From: a virus
Lineage: Duplodnaviria; Caudoviricetes
Direction: 5' to 3' (one strand)
DNA length: 38,519 nucleotides
Virus record (IMG/VR): IMGVR_UViG_3300037310_000135
Span: 1 to 38,519 of that record
The notes under the pieces: generated by a model
Database searches by the model: none
Told to the model about the DNA's origin: nothing
What the model saw: the letters and a program-made list of their open reading frames with translations, nothing else
Translations under genes and position numbers: made by a program
In this document: positions 26,203 through 34,407 of the stretch, one piece after another
Position numbering within the stretch: the stretch's first letter is position 1
Layout of the letters: every line of letters begins with the position of its first letter

Positions 26203-26310
26203 AGCCGCAACGGTCTTTGCGAAGAGGGCTTCGTTGACCATTGTTGACCACACTTCCGGAATAAATGCCACCGCGTCCGTATTTGTATACGGATCAGTAG
26301 TTACTGCCAT
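26203..26310 (-). CDS. Major capsid protein, exon 1 (36 codons)
   Basis: MAVTTDPYTNTDAVAFIPEVWSTMVNEALFAKTVAA; FIPEVWS is a typical coat N-terminal motif; AAGGAGGT upstream. Confidence 0.9.
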
Positions 26311-26327
26311 TTAAGGAACGCACCTCC

Positions 26328-26837
26328 TTATTTCTTCCGGGTCGCTGCTACGATTTGAGACCAGTTGGCTTCGCGCTCTTTCGGAGTCATCTCCGCGAGA
26401 GACTTTCCGCCGACCGATACTGTGCGGGACGAGGAAGCCGGAATTGCATCCTGTACCGCGAGTTTCTGCTTCCGAGCTTCGAGGAACATCTGTACGGCCG
26501 GGTCTGTTAGGACTTCGCCGGGTGACTTTCCTGCGCCCTTAGCATACGTCTTAATGAAGCCGATAGCATCTTCATCGAGACCTTTCGTTGAGAGTTCGAT
26601 ACGATCAAGCCTCTCGGAAACATCGGGAACCACTTGGGGTTTCTGCAATGACTCCTCGTACAAGGCTTTATAGGTCTTGTTCGTGGTGGGGTCGATTGCT
26701 TTCTCCCGCCAGTGCTTCTTCTTTGCTTCTTCCTCCTTTAGCCTTTTTTCGAGGTCTGTCGGGGGCGTGGGGGTTTCTGTTTGCACAGCGGTTTCCTCCT
26801 CCGCGATGAGCTTGTCCAGCTCTGTGAGTTCATCCAT
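26328..26837 (-). CDS. Capsid scaffolding protein
   Basis: Acidic/coiled-coil protein immediately before the capsid gene; C-terminal LAEMTPKEREANW helix; start at ATG 26837. Confidence 0.7.
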   Translation of the reverse strand: MDELTELDKLIAEEETAVQTETPTPPTDLEKRLKEEEAKKKHWREKAIDPTTNKTYKALYEESLQKPQVVPDVSERLDRIELSTKGLDEDAIGFIKTYAKGAGKSPGEVLTDPAVQMFLEARKQKLAVQDAIPASSSRTVSVGGKSLAEMTPKEREANWSQIVAATRKK

Positions 26838-26962
26838 TGAGGGTGAAATCAACTAGTTGATTTGATTATAGTGGCTTTTCTGCCACGAACGTTGATTTGT
26901 TGCCTACTGGCCAGGTTTTCTCCTGAGTCCTGCCCCCGTAAAGGAGCAGAGTCAATAGAAAA

Positions 26963-27280
26963 CTAATACGCTGAACCCTTCTTTTTCGCGCCGTATGTGG
27001 AACGCATGCTCCGGCCCATCCTGCCTGACGGCATAGACCTCATAGCGCGTCCGATGGACCCGAACGCCCTCCCCGCCGCACGCCCCATAGAGCGGGCCGA
27101 CGTTCCCATAGGAACAGACTTGAACACTGAATCGGCCGCCGTCTTCCCGGCCGCCTGGAACTTCGCCGCGATAATATCCGACACGGACTTACGAGCAACC
27201 TGAGGCTTTGCGACCACCGCTACCATTGGCTTCACGACCGCCGCTTTGACCGACCGAGATGGTTTTGTTGTATTAGGCAT
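26963..27280 (-). CDS. Small, very basic Lys/Arg/Ala/Met-rich protein
   Basis: Only two acidic residues in 105 aa; repeated RSM/GR motifs. Confidence 0.6.
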   Translation of the reverse strand: MPNTTKPSRSVKAAVVKPMVAVVAKPQVARKSVSDIIAAKFQAAGKTAADSVFKSVPMGTSARSMGRAAGRAFGSIGRAMRSMPSGRMGRSMRSTYGAKKKGSAY

Positions 27281-27507
27281 TATCTATATTCGTCTCCCTT
27301 TTGGGGGGTTACTACTTCTTGACCTAGCTCCAGTCTTGATACCAGTTCTTTTTCGATAACTTTGGCGGCCGCTTGGTCGGCTTCGACTTGAGCCAGCGTT
27401 TTATTGCGCGAAGAATAGAGGGAATCAACAAGGGCGGTGAGGACTTCGAGCCACTTCGGGTAGTTCTTGGCTTGCTCCTTGAGGAATGTTTCATGGTCGG
27501 GAATCAT
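27280..27507 (-). CDS. Hypothetical protein after portal
   Basis: ATGA and TAATG overlaps with its neighbours. Confidence 0.65.
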   Translation of the reverse strand: MIPDHETFLKEQAKNYPKWLEVLTALVDSLYSSRNKTLAQVEADQAAAKVIEKELVSRLELGQEVVTPQKGDEYR

Positions 27508-29264
27508 TGTACTACGTTACCCTGTACTTGCTGGGGGACTGGCTGTTGAGGCGGTCCCTGCATTTGGGGCTGCTGTCCCGGCTGCGGGAGCGCGGGAGTC
27601 TGTTGATTCACCTGGTCTAGGCCTATCTCAATCGGACTCACTCCGGCGAGGCTCATGGTCGCGTAAATCATGGCCTTGAGGCGTGGGTCTTCGAGGATTG
27701 CCGGATTAGACCCGATAAGCTGGATAAGAGTAGAGATGGTTTCGAGTTTCTGTCCGAGGTCAATCTGTTCGTCGGTCACGACGAGATCCATTGAGAACTG
27801 GGCCTCGTCGTAGAACGAATCAGGAACCTCGAAGAAGTAACCCTTGCCGGACTGATACCGCGCGAGAATCCTAGCCCGCTCTTGGGCGATTTGTTCCATC
27901 GTAGGAGTAAAGCCCGTCTTCTCAAGAGCCTCCTGGGCCTTTGTATAGATGTAGAAATCCACATACTTCTCAACGAGTGGCGGGATTTCCTTGTCGTCCT
28001 TGGGGATGGTGAGCGGATGCTTCTTCCTCTTTGACTTCTTGAACGTAGGGATAATGGCCTCGAAGAATAAGTCCCTCCAGAACAGTCCCACCTTTTCGCG
28101 CTTGAAGTTGAAGAACCCACCTGAAGCTGCTTTCTGCAAAGCTCCTAAGCGGAACGGTGTACCTGATGGCATAGACTCACCCGTTTCGGTCTCAAAGGTA
28201 AAGGAAGACTCTTGGATGTTCTTGTCCCAACGTTGTTCTTCTTGGTTAAAGGCTCCCATCTCCTGCTGAACCATGGGAATCTGAGTAATAGGACTCTTAA
28301 CCCTTAGAATGTCTCCGTTACCTAGATCCGTGAGGATGTTCTTGGCAATCGTATCGTCTTCTGACTGGAGAAGAACCCGCGAGGTAAGGTACAGAGCCTT
28401 TGATTTCAGGTTCTGCAATTCGTTCATACGAATCTGCCCGTCGAAGTTCTTTTCAACCATACCAACTCCGAGCCACCGACCGGGGACTTTCTCCCAGTGA
28501 ACCTCCCGATACGGGAAATCCTTTTCGGGGTCCATCTCTGCCTCGAAGAGAACCTTCCCTAAGTTAATCTCGTTCTTGTTAGAGTCTAACTGTACTTTCT
28601 CGACTCCGGCGCAGATATAGAGTTTGTATTCGTCCTCAACCCAACCCCATCGTTCCCAGACGATGATTTCATTCTTTCGGGTGTCTTTCTGGTAGAGGGC
28701 AATAACCTCCTCGACAACATCAGAATCCCAGGCCCCCTTGCGGGCCATCTTCCTCAACTCGGTGGGAGTCATCACATGCCGCTCCAGAACGTAGGGCGAG
28801 TCTTCGAGGCAATCAACGCTCTGGTCGTTGACGAGGTTGTGGAGATTAACTACTTCGAGTTCGTCCTTGATTTTCTTGACTACAACCGACCCGTACTTGG
28901 GGAGAGATTCGGAAACTTCATTGAGGGTTTCACCGAATCCCTGTTCTTTCATCCAGTCTTTCAGTTCTTTCTGGAGGAACAAGGTCGGGATCTGTGCTTC
29001 GGCGGTCTCGGGAATGAGCCGGAAGTCTTTGACATCTAAATCTATGTTCTTCGTGGCCACCTGACACGGAAAGTGTACGACGTTGTAGAAGAACTTTCTA
29101 AATCCCTCCGAGTCCTTCTCCCCGGTCTCGAACCTTGAATTGTAGTAAAGCTCTATCCGTTTTAAGGTAGCAGCCTGATTGTGCATATAACCCGAAACCA
29201 CCTCTACAGAGGTGTCGTTGAAGTCTTTGACTTCGCTTCGGATGGTTCCGAGTATGTTTTCCAT
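27504..29264 (-). CDS. Portal protein
   Basis: 586 aa directly after TerL; FFYNVV..DLD.KD..KYGSVV..GRWLGVG..TGESMPSGTP; Gln/Pro-rich C-terminus. Confidence 0.85.
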   Translation of the reverse strand: MENILGTIRSEVKDFNDTSVEVVSGYMHNQAATLKRIELYYNSRFETGEKDSEGFRKFFYNVVHFPCQVATKNIDLDVKDFRLIPETAEAQIPTLFLQKELKDWMKEQGFGETLNEVSESLPKYGSVVVKKIKDELEVVNLHNLVNDQSVDCLEDSPYVLERHVMTPTELRKMARKGAWDSDVVEEVIALYQKDTRKNEIIVWERWGWVEDEYKLYICAGVEKVQLDSNKNEINLGKVLFEAEMDPEKDFPYREVHWEKVPGRWLGVGMVEKNFDGQIRMNELQNLKSKALYLTSRVLLQSEDDTIAKNILTDLGNGDILRVKSPITQIPMVQQEMGAFNQEEQRWDKNIQESSFTFETETGESMPSGTPFRLGALQKAASGGFFNFKREKVGLFWRDLFFEAIIPTFKKSKRKKHPLTIPKDDKEIPPLVEKYVDFYIYTKAQEALEKTGFTPTMEQIAQERARILARYQSGKGYFFEVPDSFYDEAQFSMDLVVTDEQIDLGQKLETISTLIQLIGSNPAILEDPRLKAMIYATMSLAGVSPIEIGLDQVNQQTPALPQPGQQPQMQGPPQQPVPQQVQGNVVQ

Positions 29265-30500
29265 TTAGTTGAACTGGTAAGGCTTTCTACGGTTATCTAT
29301 AACTTGTCGCATACCTCTCAAGTCTACGCTGGGGTCTTCAGTGAAGACCGCGTACCTGAGAGCATCGAGAGCGTGGTCGTATTCCTTTTTCGGTACATCC
29401 TTAATGAATCCGGCCTCGCCCTCTTCGGGGTAGTGGTAGTTCTCGAACTCATCTACAAGGTTGATACAGGCCTTGTGGACGTGTAATCTCCTCTCTCTGG
29501 TGAGCTGTCTGACTACATCTACTCCGAGTTTAATGTCCTTGTTGGCTTCTTGGACGTAGAGGTTCTGTCTGCGGGCCTCCTCAATACGGTCAGGCTCCGC
29601 GCTGTCTGCATAAAAGGTATTGACTCTATATTTAGTCTGAAAGAGTTTCGCTTGAGCTATGAGTTCTCCCGTGGTCTTTCCTTTCTGGTAATACTCATCG
29701 AGAACCCAGTAATGGCGGTCGTAGTCTATGGCTATCACGAGGATCGCCGAGGGATTCGTAAAGCCCCAGTCGATTCCTCCGATGACCTTCGAGATGGGTC
29801 TTGTTGGTTCCTCGGTAAAGAGCAGGTGGTCGCCGAACTCCGGGTAGACCAGTCCGTGTCTCTTTCTGAACTGCCCCATGTACCGCATTTCGAAGTCCGT
29901 CGCGTCCATCGTTTTCTTGACGCGCTCGAACTCCTCTTTCGGAAAGAACGGGTTTAGCTCTGAAGACCAACTAATAACATTGAACGCGGGGTCGCCGGAC
30001 TGCCAGGTCTTGTAGAAATCTGTATACAGCCAGCCCATGTTATAGGGCGTGGTGGTGATGAGCATCTTCCCTCTCTTGATTGAAAGACGGGCCTGAATGA
30101 CTATCCATACGGCGGGCTTCATCTGGCCACCTTCGTCCAACCACGCGGATCGGAGCGTCATGCCCTCTAACTTGTAGGGGTCTTCTGTGCTTCTGATAAA
30201 GACGTGGCCTCCTTCAGGTAGGTCTACGACCGAACCCTGAACCCTGTAATACTGTCTGTATTGAGGAAACTCTGAAAAGAACTTCGTGAGGGTACTCTGT
30301 TCGAGAATCTTGTAAGTAGGTGCGGCGATTAAGTGGTCGTCCTGGGGATAATCACTTATCATTTTGGCCGTCCACGCGGCTCCTACGATGGTCTTTCCTG
30401 ACTGAACTCCGGCTATAGCAGCCGTGAATGGAGCCTCACTCTTGAGAACCTGCCACTGGTAGTCGTGAAATGTCTTCACTATTGCTTGCAAGTCGGTCAT
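29265..30500 (-). CDS. terL: Terminase large subunit
   Basis: Walker A AGVQSGKT, Walker B WLDEG, ITTTP, nuclease GGIDWGF..ADSAEP..DHALDALRY. Confidence 0.95.
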   Translation of the reverse strand: MTDLQAIVKTFHDYQWQVLKSEAPFTAAIAGVQSGKTIVGAAWTAKMISDYPQDDHLIAAPTYKILEQSTLTKFFSEFPQYRQYYRVQGSVVDLPEGGHVFIRSTEDPYKLEGMTLRSAWLDEGGQMKPAVWIVIQARLSIKRGKMLITTTPYNMGWLYTDFYKTWQSGDPAFNVISWSSELNPFFPKEEFERVKKTMDATDFEMRYMGQFRKRHGLVYPEFGDHLLFTEEPTRPISKVIGGIDWGFTNPSAILVIAIDYDRHYWVLDEYYQKGKTTGELIAQAKLFQTKYRVNTFYADSAEPDRIEEARRQNLYVQEANKDIKLGVDVVRQLTRERRLHVHKACINLVDEFENYHYPEEGEAGFIKDVPKKEYDHALDALRYAVFTEDPSVDLRGMRQVIDNRRKPYQFN

Positions 30501-30717
30501 AGATAATCCGTACCGGGCTGGTTACGTTGACATTCATATCCTGGGGCTTCCAGAGTGAGAGAAGCCTTAATCGGCAGTCTATTGAAAGTTTGAGGGCTGA
30601 CATCTGATCCCTGTTGGCCCTCCGTTCTCCTTTTGCTATCTGGTCTGAGACACTTAAAAGCTCGCCCAGTTCGGCGATTCGTTGAGATGCTTGTTCCTGA
30701 ATCTTCTCAAAATCCAT
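30436..30717 (-). CDS. Terminase small subunit candidate
   Basis: Helical 93 aa ORF directly upstream of and overlapping terL. Confidence 0.5.
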   Translation of the reverse strand: MDFEKIQEQASQRIAELGELLSVSDQIAKGERRANRDQMSALKLSIDCRLRLLSLWKPQDMNVNVTSPVRIIYDRLASNSEDISRLPVAGSQE

Positions 30718-30797
30718 TAGTCATCCTCGCACTCACAGTCGTCCTCTAACTGTCCGCAGTATGGACATACAATGAGTGGCTCTATTCCTGTTGTCAT
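30717..30797 (-). CDS. 26-aa Cys-rich acidic micro-protein (not in ORF track)
   Basis: MTTGIEPLIVCPYCGQLEDDCECEDD; its stop overlaps the next start (TAATG). Confidence 0.5.
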   Translation of the reverse strand: MTTGIEPLIVCPYCGQLEDDCECEDD

Positions 30798-30812
30798 GGT
30801 TCCCGGCCGGGT

Positions 30813-30938
30813 TAACCACCGCTCGACCAGTACGCATCGCTTCAATACCTTTCCACCCTAACGGGCAACGGTGGATGCGCTGGTAGCTTATGTAACCAGT
30901 GTATCGGATTTTGTAGAATCCATACTCTCTGGCGGTCA
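30813..30938 (-). ncRNA. Candidate multi-branch structured RNA
   Basis: Closing stem UGACCGCC/GGUGGUUA enclosing GUAU-GGAUU/AAUCC-G-AUAC and ACCAG-CGCAUC/GAUGCG-UA-CUGGU stems. Confidence 0.4.
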
Positions 30939-31271
30939 TTTAGACCTCTTAGATAGCATTTCACGCAGACTTCCCCCTATTGGTAGTGCGTGATGTCGTT
31001 TCTGTCCAGCATCCATCCAGAGTCTATATTTCTTTCCGGCCTGTACGAAATTGCCAAACTTATGCCGCGAGATTTCTTTCTCTAAGTGCCGTATTGAGAA
31101 GTTCAGCCTTTGGAGAACCCTATTCACTTCATGCCCATCTGCGAACATATCAGAGTGCGCCCAGATGAGGTATTCCCTCGGTATATCCCAATAGAGAGCA
31201 TAGCGGATCGCCGGATGCTCCTTTGTCTTTTCGTATAGGTATCCCTTAGTATTCCCCCCTAGCTTTCTCAC
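30936..31271 (-). CDS. Hypothetical protein
   Basis: 111 aa ORF, GTG start. Confidence 0.55.
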   Translation of the reverse strand: MRKLGGNTKGYLYEKTKEHPAIRYALYWDIPREYLIWAHSDMFADGHEVNRVLQRLNFSIRHLEKEISRHKFGNFVQAGKKYRLWMDAGQKRHHALPIGGSLREMLSKRSK

Positions 31272-31354
31272 ATGACTATATCTTCGTTTACGATCATCCC
31301 TCCTCCTTAGAACAATACGGCATTCGCAGACTCACCGCCTAACAGAGTTCCGGC

Positions 31355-31454
31355 TATCCCCTCATCCCCTCAGTAGGCTTCATATTGCCACCAGTCACGC
31401 CAGCTCCGTTGGGGCACGACTGATGATGTGTACTACCGAGGGGGTGATGGAATA
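31355..31454 (-). ncRNA. 100-nt rod-like hairpin RNA candidate
   Basis: Outer stem with 20 of 22 pairs and inner 13-bp stem, five G-U pairs on the minus strand; non-coding gap. Confidence 0.55.
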
Positions 31455-31459
31455 CCACG

Positions 31460-31479
31460 CTCTATTGCTTTAGCTTCTT
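31460..31479. repeat. 20-bp direct repeat, copy 1
   Basis: ctctattgctttagcttctt, identical to 31759-31778. Confidence 0.9.
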
Positions 31480-31756
31480 ACTCAAACGCATACTCTACGC
31501 CTAACCCGAACTCCTTTGCAACCTTTAACGCCTCTTCCTCGCTGTCAAAGAACGCTATTGGTGAGGTCGCTTGGAGTGAGTCTTTGTAGTCAAGGTATTG
31601 CGTGTGGTACAAAGCGAACTCGTCTCGTGAACGGTCTATGTACACGACCACGCCAGGTGCGCTCCACTCGTCGTTGCCATAGGTTCCAGTACCCGTGATA
31701 GTCAACGGTACGGTGATGCTGATTTCTAGGTTGTCTCCGTTCTTTTTGATGTTCAT
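31478..31756 (-). CDS. Hypothetical protein flanked by direct repeats
   Basis: 92 aa ORF, ATG start. Confidence 0.7.
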   Translation of the reverse strand: MNIKKNGDNLEISITVPLTITGTGTYGNDEWSAPGVVVYIDRSRDEFALYHTQYLDYKDSLQATSPIAFFDSEEEALKVAKEFGLGVEYAFE

Positions 31757-31758
31757 AT

Positions 31759-31778
31759 CTCTATTGCTTTAGCTTCTT
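31759..31778. repeat. 20-bp direct repeat, copy 2
   Basis: ctctattgctttagcttctt; encodes the end of the 31761-32051 ORF. Confidence 0.9.
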
Positions 31779-32051
31779 TACGCCTTTCTTTGGGGACTGG
31801 TGGGTGTAGGTGATGGTGACGGGGATAAACATTGGATTCGCTGGCTTCTTGAACACAATCTCCGTTTTTCCTATTCCACCCCACGAAGAACCGTAAAATG
31901 ATTTCATCGAGTTATCCGACAGTTCACGACCTCTTTTTGTCAGGTGGTCTTTATATATCCACGCTTTCACCACCTTCTTTCGCTTCGGTTCCAACCTCAA
32001 CGGTACGAAGTCTGCCTTAGTGATTTCTTCTGGTTTCTTTTTGTATTTCAT
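31761..32051 (-). CDS. Hypothetical basic protein
   Basis: 96 aa; ATGA overlap with the upstream gene. Confidence 0.6.
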   Translation of the reverse strand: MKYKKKPEEITKADFVPLRLEPKRKKVVKAWIYKDHLTKRGRELSDNSMKSFYGSSWGGIGKTEIVFKKPANPMFIPVTITYTHQSPKKGVKKLKQ

Positions 32052-32296
32052 TGGTTGGGTTCTTCTTTGGTACGGAGGGCTTGGAGGCGGTTTTTGATAA
32101 CAGTACCGTCACATATCAGCACATTGTCTGGGCTAATCATTGTGGTAAGCCACTTCAGCATCTCCTCCTGCGCCTCCCTGCGGACTTGGCGGATGAACTC
32201 TATGCTACCATCCACCGCAATACCGCAGAACGAGCCGTCCTCCTGCATCTTGCGCCACGCAATCTCCCAGCTTTCCTTTGGTTCTGTGTTAGTCAT
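32048..32296 (-). CDS. Hypothetical protein
   Basis: Start moved to ATG 32296 (ATGA overlap). Confidence 0.6.
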   Translation of the reverse strand: MTNTEPKESWEIAWRKMQEDGSFCGIAVDGSIEFIRQVRREAQEEMLKWLTTMISPDNVLICDGTVIKNRLQALRTKEEPNQ

Positions 32297-32676
32297 TGTA
32301 GTTTGTTTACCAGAGTGGATGCATCGCTGCACAGGCTGTTATCGCCGAGTTGAGGCTTCGGGAACACATACCCGCAAGAGTGGCAGATTTTCCTTGTGCC
32401 TTTTCTCGTGGATTTTGACACGAATGTTTTGGGATGCTTACACTCCTCTACGGGCTTATGGCAGGGGCAAGCGATATTTTGGCAAGCGTGTTCTCTTGGC
32501 TCAACGAGGTTGAAGGAGTCGCACCACTCACAGCACACGGGCTTCTCACGCTCCTGTTCATCAAGCCTCTGCGCTAACCACTCTGCCCCAGCAAAGAACG
32601 CAAGTGGTTGCTTTGCTGTTGCTTTATCTCCGAACTCGTACTTTAGCCACTCCTTTGCTTTGTCGGTGTAGGTCAT
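32293..32676 (-). CDS. Cys-rich hypothetical protein
   Basis: CCEWC..CQNIACPCH..CKH..CHSC; start at ATG 32676 (ATGA overlap). Confidence 0.6.
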   Translation of the reverse strand: MTYTDKAKEWLKYEFGDKATAKQPLAFFAGAEWLAQRLDEQEREKPVCCEWCDSFNLVEPREHACQNIACPCHKPVEECKHPKTFVSKSTRKGTRKICHSCGYVFPKPQLGDNSLCSDASTLVNKLQ

Positions 32677-32840
32677 CGTTTTATATTCCACATTCTGAAC
32701 GCTACTCCCTCCTTGGTCTTCTTGAACTCTATCCTGTGTAAGATTCCGCAGTTACAGCATCCTAGCTTCATCCATAAGGGTTTCTTGCCTTCGACGTATA
32801 TCCACTGACGGGGGCGGATGTACTGCTTTCTCTCGGTCAT
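32673..32840 (-). CDS. Small CCxCG..H protein (55 aa, not in ORF track)
   Basis: MTERKQYIRPRQWIYVEGKKPLWMKLGCCNCGILHRIEFKKTKEGVAFRMWNIKR; ATGA overlaps at both ends. Confidence 0.7.
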   Translation of the reverse strand: MTERKQYIRPRQWIYVEGKKPLWMKLGCCNCGILHRIEFKKTKEGVAFRMWNIKR

Positions 32841-33187
32841 TGCGCCAAAAGTATGCTGATGCTCTTCGCGTCTGACTCACAGTACACTACGTCAATCCCA
32901 TCAGTGACCCAGCTCATGTCATCAAGTATCCACTTCTGAAAGCCGTCCCCCAACATCGTCCCATAGAGCATGGAGCCGTCTTCGAGGAGCACATCCCAAT
33001 TGCCATGTCCGTCGTTCTCAAGTGACACTGGCATCGGGTGAGGAGAGGTAAAGAAGTTGCTACAGTTCCAGCGAACGTGCGCTCCGAGAGAAACTTCCTC
33101 CGCAAGGACATCTTGGACTAAACATATAACTCCATACCAGAACACCGCGACCATGATTGCTACCGCTATGTATACGAGTATTCTCAT
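32837..33187 (-). CDS. Membrane-anchored/secreted hypothetical protein
   Basis: N-terminal hydrophobic segment; acidic remainder. Confidence 0.6.
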   Translation of the reverse strand: MRILVYIAVAIMVAVFWYGVICLVQDVLAEEVSLGAHVRWNCSNFFTSPHPMPVSLENDGHGNWDVLLEDGSMLYGTMLGDGFQKWILDDMSWVTDGIDVVYCESDAKSISILLAQ

Positions 33188-33933
33188 GTGTTTGTTAGTT
33201 GAACCCCCCCGGTTTTTACCTTCCCCCTAGACCATCCGGCGCAAGATTGGCACTGATACCTCTTATAGACGGCTACGCTCGTCACCGAGGAACCCCTGGA
33301 CTGAAGCCTCGACGATCCGCACTTCGGGCAAACTGCTCCTTCTGTAAACAGCCCGGCGTTCGGATGGGTCTTCATCCACGGCCTCAATAGTATATAAAGT
33401 TTCTCCATAAGTGTCACGTCGTGCTTGTTGTACCGCTTCATGCGTTTCCATGCCTTCTTATCCCCCGCGATGCACTTGGTCCAGAGATTAAAGCCCTCAT
33501 GTTCCACCTTCCGGCCGATTCCGTAGTAGTCACAGATGTCATTGAGTGAGTTCGAGGGGAGTCGTAGATACTTCTTGGCCTCTACTTTCGGGTCTATGAC
33601 TGTATAGGGACTCGGCGGGGTCAGGCCGTAAAAGACAAATCTCGCGTTCATAACCCTGACGTCAAAGTCCTTTCCGTTTTGAGCTACAACTGAATCAGCC
33701 CCGTCTAGCAGACTCCACAACTCTCTGACCAGAATCTCATCGTTTACCACTCCGGGCTTGTAACCTTTCGTATCTATCTGGCCTCTTGTGACAGACTTTC
33801 CCCCAAACCACTTCGCGCTATACGAAAGGATTTGAGATTGAGCGGTTACTTCTATGAGGTTCGTTTCCCACTTCGGCCCCCAAGAGTACGCTTCAAGCGG
33901 CGAGGTCTCCAGATCCAGCAGTAGTATCTTCAT
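33184..33933 (-). CDS. RNase H-fold (DEDD, PolB-exo/YprB-like) exonuclease with C-terminal zinc ribbon
   Basis: LLDLETSP, AQNGKDFD, YNKHDV; CPKCG..YQCQSC. Confidence 0.85.
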   Translation of the reverse strand: MKILLLDLETSPLEAYSWGPKWETNLIEVTAQSQILSYSAKWFGGKSVTRGQIDTKGYKPGVVNDEILVRELWSLLDGADSVVAQNGKDFDVRVMNARFVFYGLTPPSPYTVIDPKVEAKKYLRLPSNSLNDICDYYGIGRKVEHEGFNLWTKCIAGDKKAWKRMKRYNKHDVTLMEKLYILLRPWMKTHPNAGLFTEGAVCPKCGSSRLQSRGSSVTSVAVYKRYQCQSCAGWSRGKVKTGGVQLTNT

Positions 33934-34186
33934 GTCCCCCCTCCTTGTTATCTTCTACGACCATCCCCGCACCCAACGCTATGAGCGACTTCGCAACCCC
34001 AGGAGGTACTGAGTAAGCTAATCCATTGTGCACCGCGACTTTCAAAATCTCTTCCTCGTTCTTGTCTACGGGGTTTACATGCTCTACGGGTTCGACGTTG
34101 AGCAGAACATATTGGTCCTTATTTACGTCGTCGGAGATATGACCAATCAAGTCCAGATTCGTGACTTTTCGGATGTTCAGGCGCAT
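33893..34186 (-). CDS. Hypothetical protein
   Basis: 97 aa ORF in a packed operon. Confidence 0.55.
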   Translation of the reverse strand: MRLNIRKVTNLDLIGHISDDVNKDQYVLLNVEPVEHVNPVDKNEEEILKVAVHNGLAYSVPPGVAKSLIALGAGMVVEDNKEGGHEDTTAGSGDLAA

Positions 34187-34407
34187 GTGGCGTTCTTAAA
34201 GAACCGTTCTACAGTCCGCCGGGAGGCCAAGTCCCTCTCACGGACGATAATATCCTTGAGTTCACCGACGGTTATCGTAATGTAGTTCTCGTCGGTAAAG
34301 GTATTCAGGACTTCTTCTAAGAACCTCTTAGCGAAACTCCTCTTGCCCAGTTTCTTCTCAGCCCGCCCGTGACTACGAGTATTTTCTGATGATTCCCTCA
34401 AGTTCAT
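34177..34407 (-). CDS. Hypothetical protein
   Basis: 76 aa ORF; start uncertain. Confidence 0.45.
   Translation of the reverse strand: MNLRESSENTRSHGRAEKKLGKRSFAKRFLEEVLNTFTDENYITITVGELKDIIVRERDLASRRTVERFFKNATCA

Noticed and set aside
26110-26310. 66-aa stand-alone ORF, and 24713-25510 as a TTG-started capsid gene
   Set aside because: Both are pieces of the intron-split capsid gene.
30733-30939. 68-aa ORF with ATGA overlap
   Set aside because: No recognisable motifs; it overlaps a better micro-ORF (30717-30797) and a predicted RNA structure, so it is left uncalled.
31274-31285. GAAGATATAGTC resembles the group I intron S element
   Set aside because: No matching P3/P8/P9 arrangement or split gene nearby.
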